A DNA stretch of 64,000 nt from the NCBI GenBank assembly GCA_029062885.1, contig JAIDPH010000125.1, positions 1,661-65,660 of the forward strand, given 5' to 3'. Shown in pieces: positions 38,979 to 48,268 of the stretch (its first letter is position 1; each line of letters starts with the position of its first letter). The notes under the pieces were generated by a model. It saw nothing but the letters and a program-made list of their open reading frames with translations. It searched no databases and had not been told where the DNA came from. Origin of the DNA: Lachnospiraceae bacterium. Its GTDB lineage: Bacteria; Bacillota; Clostridia; Lachnospirales; Lachnospiraceae. The translations under genes and the position numbers were made by a program.

Positions 38979-41209
38979 AGTTGACACTTTATACGGCAAA
39001 CTGTACGGGGAACGTGAAAAATTGCGTGTATCCCAATAAGTGTGTGATCGACAATGAGGATGACTTTACTGCTGCGGTGGCGGCAGACCATGTTACCGCA
39101 AGGTTTAAGAACAGCTACCGCAGCATTGATAATTTCCTCATTTCCGACTGTGACGTGCTGGACTGCGACAATGACCACTCGGACAGCCCGGATGAGTGGA
39201 TCACGCCGGACAGATTCCTTGAAGCGGTTCCCGATGTGAGCGTCATCATCGTACCAAGCCGCCACAATATGGTTCCCAAGGACGGAAAAGCGGCAAGACC
39301 GAGGTTCCATGTGTATTTTCCCCATGACCCGATAAGCAGCGCAGACGGGTGCGCAGAACTGAAGGCAGCGATCCAGTCAAGGTTCCCGTTCTTTGACGGG
39401 AATGCCCTGGATGCGGCAAGGTTCATCTTCGGCAATTCGTCCAGTGAGATCATCTGGCAGGAGGGCGAGATCACAATTGATTGTATCGTAAAAGCTGTAC
39501 GGCGAAGCATTCCGCAGGGGCAGAGGAACAGCACCATGTCCAGATTTGCCGGGAGGGTTGTCAAGAGATACGGTGCAACGGAGCGGGCGCACCAGATATT
39601 CCTTGATGAAGCGGCCAAGTGCGATCCGCCTCTTGATGATGTGGAACTTGGACTCATATGGGGAAGTGCCTGTAAGTTTGCCGCTAAAGTACAGTCACAG
39701 AGCGGATATGTGCCGCCAGATGAATATAATAATGACTTTGGCAGGCAGTCCTTAAAGCCGGATGACTATTCCGACATCGGAGAGGCGAAGGTTCTGAAGC
39801 GGGAGTACGGCATGGAACTATGCTACACGGCGGCAACGGACTATCTGCGCTATGACGGGATGGCATGGATAGAGTCCAAGCAGAGAGCGGTGGGGGCAAT
39901 GGAGGAATTCCTCGATCTCCAGCTTGAGGATGCCAAAGATGAACTGGACCGTGCAAGGCGGGCAATGCTTAATGCTGGGGTATCCGGGGAGGCAGTCAAA
40001 GCAGGCGGCAAGGCACTGGAGAAGAACATCAGGAGCGGGCAACATGATGTTTTCGCTGCGTATCAGTTGGCACTTTCCTATCTGAACTTTGTCATGAAGC
40101 GTAGAGATATGAAGTATATCGTGTCCGGTTTGCAGGCGGCAAAGCCGATGTTGGAGATACATGTAAATGACCTTGACCGAGATGAGTTCCTTTTGAACAC
40201 ACCCGTTGGGACATATTATCTACCGGAAGGCATGGCGGGGCTTAAGGACCATGACCCTGGCAACTATATCACAAAAATAACAGCAGTGGCTCCCGGAGAT
40301 GATGGCAGAGATCTGTGGGAGGATGCCTTAAACACCATCTTCTGCGGAGACACAGAACTAATCAGTTATGTGCAGAAGGTGGTGGGGATGGCGGCAGTCG
40401 GGAAGGTGTATGTTGAGGCACTTATCATTGCTTATGGTGAGGGACGCAACGGTAAGTCCACCTTCTGGAACACGATAGCAAGGGTCCTCGGAACATACAG
40501 CGGCAATCTCTCTGCTGATACGTTAACGGTGGGATGCCGCAGGAACGTCAAGCCGGAAATGGCTGAGTCCAAAGGAAAGCGACTCATTATTGCATCGGAA
40601 CTGGAGGAGGGCATGAGGCTCAACACTTCTGTGGTAAAGCAGATGTGTAGCACGGATGAGATATTTGCGGAAAAGAAGTACAAGGATCCGTTTAGCTTCA
40701 GGCCGAGCCACACCTTGGTACTTTATACAAATCATCTGCCGAGGGTGGGCGCGAATGATCCAGGAACATGGCGCAGGCTTATTGTCATTCCCTTTGGAGC
40801 CAAGATCGACGGGGTAGGCGACATCAAGAACTATGCCGATCACCTTTTCAACAATGCAGCACCGTATATCCTTTCGTGGATCATCGAGGGCGCTCAAGAA
40901 GCAATCCGCAGGAATTTCCATATCCCCGTTCCGAGGGTTGTGGAGGAGGCCATCAAATCCTACCGTGAGGACAATAACTGGCTCGGACATTTCATTTTGG
41001 AGTGTTGTGAGGTCGACAAGGCTTATAAGTGCAGATCCGGCGAACTGTACCAGACTTATCGGAACTATTGCACACAGACTGGTGAGTACACAAGAAGTAC
41101 GGCTGATTTCTATAATGCAGTAGAAAACAGCGGCTATAAGAGGCAGAAAATGAAGGACGGATCATGGGTACATGGAATCTGCCTTAAAGCCACGGAATTT
41201 CTGGACTGA
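38975..41209 (+). CDS. P4-family primase / D5-like SF3 helicase
   Basis: LDCDND; RPRFHVYF; PriCT GQRNSTM; Walker A GEGRNGKST; WRRLIVIPF. Confidence 0.9.
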   Translation: MKLTLYTANCTGNVKNCVYPNKCVIDNEDDFTAAVAADHVTARFKNSYRSIDNFLISDCDVLDCDNDHSDSPDEWITPDRFLEAVPDVSVIIVPSRHNMVPKDGKAARPRFHVYFPHDPISSADGCAELKAAIQSRFPFFDGNALDAARFIFGNSSSEIIWQEGEITIDCIVKAVRRSIPQGQRNSTMSRFAGRVVKRYGATERAHQIFLDEAAKCDPPLDDVELGLIWGSACKFAAKVQSQSGYVPPDEYNNDFGRQSLKPDDYSDIGEAKVLKREYGMELCYTAATDYLRYDGMAWIESKQRAVGAMEEFLDLQLEDAKDELDRARRAMLNAGVSGEAVKAGGKALEKNIRSGQHDVFAAYQLALSYLNFVMKRRDMKYIVSGLQAAKPMLEIHVNDLDRDEFLLNTPVGTYYLPEGMAGLKDHDPGNYITKITAVAPGDDGRDLWEDALNTIFCGDTELISYVQKVVGMAAVGKVYVEALIIAYGEGRNGKSTFWNTIARVLGTYSGNLSADTLTVGCRRNVKPEMAESKGKRLIIASELEEGMRLNTSVVKQMCSTDEIFAEKKYKDPFSFRPSHTLVLYTNHLPRVGANDPGTWRRLIVIPFGAKIDGVGDIKNYADHLFNNAAPYILSWIIEGAQEAIRRNFHIPVPRVVEEAIKSYREDNNWLGHFILECCEVDKAYKCRSGELYQTYRNYCTQTGEYTRSTADFYNAVENSGYKRQKMKDGSWVHGICLKATEFLD

Positions 41210-41219
41210 GAGCATTTTG

Positions 41220-41324
41220 GGTGACGGTCGGTGACAGTCTCACATAAAACCCCCTTTAGGGCTGTTTTTTTTGAAAAAATCTCTATATAGGGAGTTTATG
41301 TATAGACCATCATCGACTGTCACC
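41220..41324. other. Long imperfect inverted repeat after the primase, candidate replication origin
   Basis: ggtgacggtcggtga / tcatcgactgtcacc arms with inner gtct/agac and cataaa/tttatg pairings around an AT-rich core. Confidence 0.5.
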
Positions 41325-41369
41325 ACAGGCAACAAAAAGTCAGTAAATATGAGTGATTGGAGGGATTTT

Positions 41370-41651
41370 ATGAGAGAAAAGCATATAGAACAAAAATTCA
41401 GAAAGGCCGTGGCTGCTGCCGGAGGAGTGGCACTCAAGTTTGTATCGCCCGGTTTTGATGGGATTCCCGACAGACTGGCATTGTTCCCGGATGGGAAATG
41501 CGGTTTTGTGGAGGTTAAGGCTCCCGGCAAAAAGCCAAGCCCCCTTCAGGAGTCAAGGATAGCGATGTTAAGGAAGATGGGATTCAAGGCATTTATCCTT
41601 GATAGAACGGAGCAGATTGGAGGGATCATTGATGAAATACGAGGCACATGA
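41370..41651 (+). CDS. VRR-NUC domain nuclease
   Basis: KFVSPGFDGIPDRL...FVEVKAPG...Q. Confidence 0.9.
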   Translation: MREKHIEQKFRKAVAAAGGVALKFVSPGFDGIPDRLALFPDGKCGFVEVKAPGKKPSPLQESRIAMLRKMGFKAFILDRTEQIGGIIDEIRGT

Positions 41652-42996
41652 TTACCAGACTTTTGCTACTAAATATATTGAGTCACACCCCATAGCAGCA
41701 ATACTTCTTTCAATGGGACTTGGTAAAACCAGTATAACTCTTACGGCGATTGCAGACCTGCTTTTTGATTTTTTCATAGTTAGACGGGTGCTTATCATCG
41801 CGCCTCTGCGGGTGGCAAAGATGACGTGGTCAGACGAAATCGGGAAATGGGATCACTTGTCACACCTTAGATATAGCATTGCTGTAGGGACTGCCGCCGA
41901 GCGGATGAAGGCCCTTAATGCAAATGCAGATATTTACATCATCAACCGAGAGAATGTGCCGTGGCTTATCGACAACTTCCCATTTGACTTTGACATGGTA
42001 GTGGTGGATGAGCTTAGTTCCTTTAAGAATCATCAGTCCAAGCGGTTCAAAGCACTGATGAAGGTCAGGCCGTATGTCAAGCGTATCGTAGGCCTTACAG
42101 GTACACCTTCATCTAATGGGCTCATGGACCTTTATGCGGAGTTCAAACTTCTGGATATGGGTGAGCGGCTTGGGAGATACATCGGGCAATACCGCACGAT
42201 GTATTTCAAGCCTGACCGCATGAACGGTCCTATTGTATATTCCTACAAGCCACTTCCAGAAGCGGAAGATGCAATCTATCAGAAGATCTCGGACATTACG
42301 ATATCCATGAAGTCTAATGACTATCTGAAGATGCCGGAACTGATCAACAGCAGGTTTGAGGTGCAGTTATCGGAGGATGAGTGGAATCAGTATGAAGATT
42401 TGAAGGAAAAACTGATCTTGCAGCTCCCTGATGGTGAAGTGACGGCTGCAAATGCCTGTTCCCTTTCGAATAAACTCTCCCAGATAGCAAACGGGGCGGT
42501 TTATGAGGATGAAGGGGCGGTGATGCATATACACGACAGAAAGCAGGATGCGCTGGAGGATATCATCGAAAGTATGAACGGGAATCCCCTTCTGGTGGCG
42601 TATTGGTTCAATCATGATTTAGAGCGGATCAGGGAGCGGCTCACTTTGTTAAAAATACCATTTGAAGTCCTGCAGTCTGAAGAATCCATCCGGAGATGGA
42701 ATAAGGGGGAGATAGCCGTGGCACTCATTCACCCGGCATCAGCAGGGCATGGACTTAATCTTCAGAACGGCGGCAGCACGATGGTGTGGTTCGGTCTGAC
42801 ATGGTCACTCGAATTATATCAGCAGACTGTGGCGAGGCTGTGGAGACAGGGGCAGGATTCCGAGACGGTGGTGGTGCAGCACATCATTGCAAAAGGCACG
42901 ATTGATGAACGCATCATGAAAATCCTTACAGAGAAGGATGCCACCCAGAATGCACTGATCGATGCCGTGAAAGCTGTCATAAGAGTAAAAACATGA
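41632..42996 (+). CDS. SNF2-family phage helicase
   Basis: MGLGKT; VVDELS; LTGTP; GHGLNLQ; RLWRQGQ. Confidence 0.9.
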   Translation: MKYEAHDYQTFATKYIESHPIAAILLSMGLGKTSITLTAIADLLFDFFIVRRVLIIAPLRVAKMTWSDEIGKWDHLSHLRYSIAVGTAAERMKALNANADIYIINRENVPWLIDNFPFDFDMVVVDELSSFKNHQSKRFKALMKVRPYVKRIVGLTGTPSSNGLMDLYAEFKLLDMGERLGRYIGQYRTMYFKPDRMNGPIVYSYKPLPEAEDAIYQKISDITISMKSNDYLKMPELINSRFEVQLSEDEWNQYEDLKEKLILQLPDGEVTAANACSLSNKLSQIANGAVYEDEGAVMHIHDRKQDALEDIIESMNGNPLLVAYWFNHDLERIRERLTLLKIPFEVLQSEESIRRWNKGEIAVALIHPASAGHGLNLQNGGSTMVWFGLTWSLELYQQTVARLWRQGQDSETVVVQHIIAKGTIDERIMKILTEKDATQNALIDAVKAVIRVKT

Positions 42997-43072
42997 AAAG
43001 TGGTGTCATTATGGCGCTTAGAGTCAAAAAATGTCAATCCGAGGGAAAATTCATCATTCGGAGGTGTTTACC

Positions 43073-43483
43073 ATGACAGCAAAGGAATATTTATCGAGGG
43101 CATTTTACCTTAATATGCGGATACGCAGCAAAAATGAGCAGATAGCGGTGATGAACGCGCTTGCAACCAGGGTGACTTCCACCTTAAGCAATACACCCGT
43201 TTCAGGAACAAAGAACGACCATAAGATGGAAGATGTGATCCTGAACATCCTAGAATATGAAAAAGAATTGAAGGAAGCCATGAACCAGCTTGTGACACTG
43301 AAACGGGAGATTCGTGATGTAATCGAGCAGATCGGCAATGACGAATACCAGGTGCTTTTGGAGTTGCGTTACTTATCTTCCATGCGGTGGGAGCAGATAG
43401 CCGTGGAAATGGGATACAGCATCGAGCATGTCTATCGTCTGCACAGGGAGGCACTAAAAAAAGTTTGTGTTCCGACAGCTTAA
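43073..43483 (+). CDS. RinA/ArpU-like (DUF1492) late transcriptional activator
   Basis: TAKEYL...LLELRYLSSMRWEQIAVEMGYS...RLHREAL; position before the packaging module. Confidence 0.8.
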   Translation: MTAKEYLSRAFYLNMRIRSKNEQIAVMNALATRVTSTLSNTPVSGTKNDHKMEDVILNILEYEKELKEAMNQLVTLKREIRDVIEQIGNDEYQVLLELRYLSSMRWEQIAVEMGYSIEHVYRLHREALKKVCVPTA

Positions 43484-43592
43484 CAGTAAATGTCATTTTT
43501 TAACAGTATGGAGTTGTGGTATTGTTAAACTAGCAAAAAAGATAATGAAGCTCTGCGGATGATTCCGTAGGGCTTTTTTCGTGGGAGGATTT

Positions 43593-43952
43593 ATGCCGAG
43601 GAAACCGAAACGGCCATGTTCTTATCCCGGATGTCCAAGACTCACTGAGGGACGGTACTGTGAGGAACATGAGCGCATGGAAAATAAGAGATATGAGAAA
43701 TACGACAGGAACCCGGATACGAAGAAGAGGTACGGACGGGAATGGCAGAGAATACGCAAAAGGTATGTGGAGAAGCATCCCTTCTGTGAACAGTGTTACG
43801 AACACGGAGTCCTGATTCCTGTTGAAGAGGTACATCATAAGAAACCACTCGCAGAGGGTGGAACACATGACGTTGACAACCTTATCTCCTTATGCCAGTC
43901 GTGCCATGCAAGGATTCATGCACAGCATGGAGACAGATGGCACAAAAAATGA
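43593..43952 (+). CDS. Terminase-associated HNH endonuclease
   Basis: PCSYPGCP; CEQC; VHHKKPL..GG; NLISLCQSCHARIH. Confidence 0.9.
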   Translation: MPRKPKRPCSYPGCPRLTEGRYCEEHERMENKRYEKYDRNPDTKKRYGREWQRIRKRYVEKHPFCEQCYEHGVLIPVEEVHHKKPLAEGGTHDVDNLISLCQSCHARIHAQHGDRWHKK

Positions 43953-43972
43953 GACTGCCATTATGCAGTCTC
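43944..43972 (-). terminator. Rho-independent terminator of the minus-strand transcript
   Basis: gagactgc/gcagtctc 8-bp stem; U tract on the minus strand (aaaaaa on +). Confidence 0.65.
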
Positions 43973-43976
43973 AAAA

Positions 43977-44065
43977 TGGAACGGGCAGGTATCGAACCTA
44001 CACAGCGCTTGGAAAGTGCCTGACAAATTCCCCCAGCAGTTTGGACCGCTCCGCGCGCCGCTTCC
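43977..44065 (-). ncRNA. Degenerate tRNA-like element (89 nt, type II-like, no clear anticodon arm)
   Basis: Minus strand: GGAAGCGG...D-like GCGGAGCGGTCCAAACTGC...variable stem GGCACTT/AAGCGCT, T arm GTAGG-TTCGATA-CCTGC, 3' CCGTTCC-A. Confidence 0.5.
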
Positions 44066-44227
44066 AACCAACATACTGTTTGGCATATCTTTATCCTCCA
44101 TTGATTTTATTAGACTTAGAAAAGAAAAAAGTGTCTGTAAAAAACAAAAATAGAGCGATAAGTCAACGCTAGGGACATCAGCCATAAAAGCTGTGGCAAA
44201 CACAAACCCAACTAACCCGGCTCATTT

Positions 44228-44255
44228 ATTATAGCACATTTACTATATTTTGCAA
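44228..44255 (-). promoter_or_regulatory. Sigma-A promoter firing antisense to the late operon
   Basis: Minus strand TTGCAA, 16 bp, TG-C-TATAAT. Confidence 0.7.
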
Positions 44256-44258
44256 ACG

Positions 44259-44352
44259 GTAGGGGCGGGTCAAATCTCAAAACCCTTGATGCAGTGGGAA
44301 CGGGCGTGGACTCTTACGCAAAAAAACCGGAAATCAAACGGGGGATTAACCC
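44259..44352. other. Putative cos/packaging site region
   Basis: G-rich gtaggggcgggtcaaatc...aaacggggg motif between HNH and terS, the usual cos position in HNH/P27-terminase phages. Confidence 0.45.
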
Positions 44353-44448
44353 CTCGGAGATTTTCATAAAATAAAGGCTTTCAAGGTATTACGGGGTTTG
44401 ATTTCCGTAGCATTTTTCAAAGAAATTCAAAGAAATGGGGTGAAAACA

Positions 44449-44981
44449 GTGGCAAAAGACGGCAGTGGTCGCGGTGGCGCAAGGCCGGGGGCGGGACGTA
44501 AACGCAAGGCGCTCACGGAGAAAATCAGCGAGGGTAAACGGCGGTTGTCATGATGGAGCCTGCCGAACTGGAAGGTGTGGATGTGCCACCTGTGAAGGAC
44601 TTCCTGAAATCCCCGCAGAAGAGCGGACGGGAACTGGTGGCGGAGGAAGTGTTCCAGGAAACCTATGTCTGGCTGCAAGCGAGAGGATGTGAAAAGCTGG
44701 TCACTGTACAGATGGTGGAGCAGTACGCCATGAGTGTGTCCCGGTGGATTCAGTGCGAGGAGATAGTGTCATCCACGGGTTTCCTTGCGAAGCACCCGAC
44801 CACGGGGGCTGCCATTGCGTCCCCTTATGTCACCATGAGTCAGTCCTACATGAAACAGACGAATTACTGCTGGATGCAGATATATCAGATTGTGAAGGAG
44901 AACTGCTCGGTGGAATTCCAGGGGAACACACCCCAGGATGATATAATGGAGCGGCTGCTCCGTGCGAGGAAAGGAGTGTAA
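44449..44981 (+). CDS. terS: P27-family terminase small subunit, split by a 1-nt frameshift near 44536-44538
   Basis: GTG start MAKDGSGRGGARPGAGRK..., stop at 44553; continues in another frame MMEPAEL...GFLAKHPTTG..IASPYV. Confidence 0.75.
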
Positions 44982-45025
44982 GTTTATTTACAACTCACAA
45001 AAGGCAAATTAATTTTTGAAAAGTC

Positions 45026-45053
45026 TTGATAATTATTCTGTTGGTGATATAAT
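45026..45053 (+). promoter_or_regulatory. Moron promoter
   Basis: TTGATA, 16 bp, TG-A-TATAAT. Confidence 0.7.
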
Positions 45054-45127
45054 GTAATGATTTAGCAAATTAATGCTAAATGGGAGGCTTGGGAATAAAT
45101 GAAAAAAATAAAAAGGAGAGTAAAGCT

Positions 45128-45793
45128 ATGCAGCATGATTTTCATTTCATTTCTAAGAAGGACCCAAAAGTAAAAAAAGCATATAATGATATATTGGATA
45201 TGCTTAAGGAAGTTCAGGACTTGGTAAGAAAAAAGTTCACATTTAGGTTTGATGTGGTTGGAAGTTATAAACGGAATATGATTACATATGATGCCAAATC
45301 AAATGTGGGTTATGATTTTGATTTTAACATTGAGGTTAATGATGGAAATGGCAAGTATAAGCCAAAACAGCTAAAGGATATTTTGCGTAATGCAATAGGC
45401 ACTGTATGTGTAAAATACGGATATGATTTTCCGGAGGATTCTACGCGCGTACTGACAATCAAGATGAAGAATAGGAAAAAATCCTGCATTCTCCATAGCT
45501 GTGATTTCGCAATTGTAAACAACTACATTGATGATGACGGGTACGAAGGCCAGGAATATATCCACAATGATAAGCACGGGAACTATACATGGTGTGAGCA
45601 GCCGGAAGGATATTATATGCTGCCGGATAAAATTGACTGGATCATGGAGAATGGATTATGGAACCCTATGCGGGATCTATATATTGATAAGAAAAATAAG
45701 AACGATAACCCAGATGTGCATTCAAGGGCCATTTTTGCTATGACTGTGCATGAGATATGTCAGAAATCTGGGTTTTATGAATATGAGAATTAA
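45128..45793 (+). CDS. Pol-beta superfamily nucleotidyltransferase (CD-NTase/SMODS-like), standalone moron
   Basis: VVGSYKRNMI...YDFDFNI (GS plus DxD); STRVLTI; third Asp in SCDFAIV; AAGGAG RBS. Confidence 0.7.
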   Translation: MQHDFHFISKKDPKVKKAYNDILDMLKEVQDLVRKKFTFRFDVVGSYKRNMITYDAKSNVGYDFDFNIEVNDGNGKYKPKQLKDILRNAIGTVCVKYGYDFPEDSTRVLTIKMKNRKKSCILHSCDFAIVNNYIDDDGYEGQEYIHNDKHGNYTWCEQPEGYYMLPDKIDWIMENGLWNPMRDLYIDKKNKNDNPDVHSRAIFAMTVHEICQKSGFYEYEN

Positions 45794-45819
45794 GTAGAAA
45801 TATGGCAATTAAACTGATG

Positions 45820-45850
45820 CCGTCCAGCAGAAATGTTGGGCGGTTTTTCT
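45820..45850 (+). terminator. Terminator after the NTase moron
   Basis: ccgtccagca-gaaa-tgttgggcgg-ttttt. Confidence 0.7.
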
Positions 45851-45871
45851 GTGCAATTTTTGGAGGTGGAA

Positions 45872-47122
45872 ATGAAAACTACGACTGATATGCAACTTGT
45901 CTCAATCACTAGGTTGGTACCTTATGTAAATAACGCACGGACGCACTCGCCGGAGCAGCTCACGAAATTGCGATCATCCCTGCGGGAGTTTGGATTTGTG
46001 AACCCGGTCATCATCGACCGGGATTTCAATGTTATCGCAGGGCATGGCAGGATCATGGCTGCGAAGGAGGAAGGAATTACGGAAGTCCCGTGTGTGTTTG
46101 TGGACTATCTGACGGAGGCGCAGAAGAAAGCCTATATCCTTGCGGATAACCGTATGGCCCTTGATGCTGGGTGGGATGAGGAGCTGCTCCGTATCGAGAT
46201 TGAATCCTTGCAGGGTATGGATTTTGATGTATCTCTGACCGGCTTCGGTGAGGATGAGATTGCAGATCTTTTCTCCGGGGACGGCGAAAAAGATGTGAAA
46301 GATGATGGTTTCGACCTTTCCGCAGCACTGGAGAAAGCTGCGTTCGTGGAGCGGGGCGACATCTGGACGGTGGGCAGGCACAGGCTGATGTGTGGTGATG
46401 CTACCAGTGCTGAGGATGTAGCGGTGCTAATGGACGGAAAGAAAGCGAACCTCATCGTGACGGACCCGCCGTATGGAGTCTCTTTCAAGAGTTCCGGAGG
46501 GCTGACTATTCAGAACGACAGTATGAAAGGGGATGAATTTTACACATTTCTGTACAATTCGTTCTCGTGCATGGTAGAACATCTGGAAAGCGGCGGCGCA
46601 GCTTATGTGTTCCATGCGGATACAGAGGGACTTAATTTCCGTAAGGCTTTTGTGGATGCGGGATTCCACCTTGCTGGGGTGTGTATTTGGGTGAAGAATT
46701 CTTTGGTGCTTGGGCGCTCGGATTACCAGTGGCAGCATGAGCCTGTGTTGTACGGATTTCTGAAGAACGGGAAGCACCCGTGGTATTCTGACCGAAAGCA
46801 GACGACCATCTGGAATTATGACAAGCCAAAGCGGAATAAGAACCATCCAACCTCCAAGCCGCTTGACCTGCTTGGCTACCCGATCAGCAATTCCTCCCAG
46901 GAGAACGCCATCGTGTTAGACACTTTCGGAGGGAGCGGCTCCACGATGATGGCATGTGAGCAGACGAACCGTATCTGTTTCATGTGTGAGCTGGATGAGA
47001 AATATGCATCTGTAATACTGCGGAGATATGTAGAAGATACCGGGGATTCGGAAAATGTATATGTGGTTCGGAGCGGGGAGAAAATCCCGTACTCCGCACT
47101 GGTGAAGGAGGTGGAGGCGTAG
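45872..47122 (+). CDS. ParB-like domain fused to N4/N6 DNA methyltransferase
   Basis: NNARTH, IAGHGR, LADNR (ParB); TDPPY; HPTSKP; VLDTFGGSGST. Confidence 0.92.
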   Translation: MKTTTDMQLVSITRLVPYVNNARTHSPEQLTKLRSSLREFGFVNPVIIDRDFNVIAGHGRIMAAKEEGITEVPCVFVDYLTEAQKKAYILADNRMALDAGWDEELLRIEIESLQGMDFDVSLTGFGEDEIADLFSGDGEKDVKDDGFDLSAALEKAAFVERGDIWTVGRHRLMCGDATSAEDVAVLMDGKKANLIVTDPPYGVSFKSSGGLTIQNDSMKGDEFYTFLYNSFSCMVEHLESGGAAYVFHADTEGLNFRKAFVDAGFHLAGVCIWVKNSLVLGRSDYQWQHEPVLYGFLKNGKHPWYSDRKQTTIWNYDKPKRNKNHPTSKPLDLLGYPISNSSQENAIVLDTFGGSGSTMMACEQTNRICFMCELDEKYASVILRRYVEDTGDSENVYVVRSGEKIPYSALVKEVEA

Positions 47123-47159
47123 TGGATGCTATTCAGTTTGTTTTGGAGATTGTGTATTA

Positions 47160-47282
47160 CTCACAGTTCACGGACTTTTTATTGTGATATTTTTTCTCAC
47201 ATTCTGATTGCTATTTCTGCCGTTTAGAGTGATTAATGTAGTACCGAAAGGGAAAATGCAAAAAATAATGGAGGAAAAGCAT
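47160..47282 (+). repeat. Cassette-leader repeat, copy 1 (diverged)
   Basis: CACAG..TTGTG; TTGCTA; TTTAGAGTGA; TACCGAAAGGGAAAA; GGAGG. Confidence 0.65.
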
Positions 47283-48023
47283 ATGAGGATTGAATTCAAC
47301 AGGACAGGGGCAGAAAGAAAAGCGTTGGTGCAGGCAATGGGAGAGATTTTAGAGGTAAAACCAAAATACCTAGGAATGCCGATGGCGGCTTATCAGGTGG
47401 ATTACTTCCATATCGACAAAAACGGTGCAGTAGAATTTGACGATCGGTCGGATAGCGAGGAAATCCGCAATCTGCTGGAGCGCCTTGCAGAAAAAGGGAT
47501 CATTGCGGTCTCAGCAGAAATGGCGCAGGAAGAAAGTACGGATGCAGAAAACAATGCGGAGGAGCCGGAAACTGAGTCGCAGGGGTCTGATTTGGGGCTT
47601 ACGGTGGCAATGTCGAGGGATTCCTTTACTGATGCCGCACTGGAGAACCTGCAGAAGCTGGTGGATGCCAAAGGCAGCCTCATCAAAAAGGCACTGGCGG
47701 TTGACAGCCTCCCGATTGAAACGGACGGGGAGAAGGTTTCCTTCCCGTGGTTTGCAGAGGGGCAGGACAGCGAGTCGATTAAAACCTACACCCATTTCAT
47801 TTTAGCCATCTGCGACATGGCGAGGAACCAGAAGCGCGTCACAGCAAAGGAAAAGCCTGCGAATAACGAAAAGTACGCATTCCGGTGCTTCCTGCTCCGG
47901 CTCGGATTCATCGGCACGGAATACAAGGGCGAGAGGAAGCTCCTGCTTAAGAACCTTTCCGGAAGCTCAGCTTTTAAGGATGGCGAAAGGAAGAATGTGG
48001 TCAGCAATGAAGTTTCCGAATAG
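47283..48023 (+). CDS. Phage 'virulence-related' protein sharing a C-terminal domain with the amidoligase
   Basis: KYLGMP..AY; KVSFPWF; NEKYAFRCFLLRLGFIG. Confidence 0.7.
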   Translation: MRIEFNRTGAERKALVQAMGEILEVKPKYLGMPMAAYQVDYFHIDKNGAVEFDDRSDSEEIRNLLERLAEKGIIAVSAEMAQEESTDAENNAEEPETESQGSDLGLTVAMSRDSFTDAALENLQKLVDAKGSLIKKALAVDSLPIETDGEKVSFPWFAEGQDSESIKTYTHFILAICDMARNQKRVTAKEKPANNEKYAFRCFLLRLGFIGTEYKGERKLLLKNLSGSSAFKDGERKNVVSNEVSE

Positions 48024-48139
48024 AGAGACGGGGAAGGGTTGAGGGTGTGGATGACACGGCGAGCGTCATGGTCGCATGGGACAACAGAAGCCACATACAT
48101 GTGGTCTACGGTGTTGATGTTTGCCGGGAACTGCCATAA
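48007..48139 (+). pseudogene. DUF4314-like gene with internal deletion
   Basis: MKFPNRET, then out of frame GRVEGVDDTASVMVAWDN...VVYGVDVC. Confidence 0.6.
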
Positions 48140-48268
48140 AATACACAAATTCCGGCCCGAATCATTGTGTAATATATGTCTCGAATTGACTTGCTATGAT
48201 TACCTTTTAGAGCGAATATGTGTACTACCGAAAGGGAAAACACACAAAGCAAAACGGAGGAAAAGGGA
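48134..48268 (+). repeat. Cassette-leader repeat, copy 2
   Basis: TACACAA-N16-TTGTGTA; CTTGCTA; TTTTAGAGCGAATATGTGTACTACCGAAAGGGAAAACA; CGGAGG. Confidence 0.8.

Noticed and set aside
43977-44065. Functional tRNA gene or tRNA attachment site
   Set aside because: Anticodon stem-loop cannot be formed convincingly, the acceptor stem is bulged, and no integrase is adjacent; kept only as tRNA-like
45128-45793. Complete CBASS or Hailong system
   Set aside because: No adjacent effector (TM, patatin, SAVED, TIR, ion channel) or Cap2/3 genes; reported only as an orphan NTase
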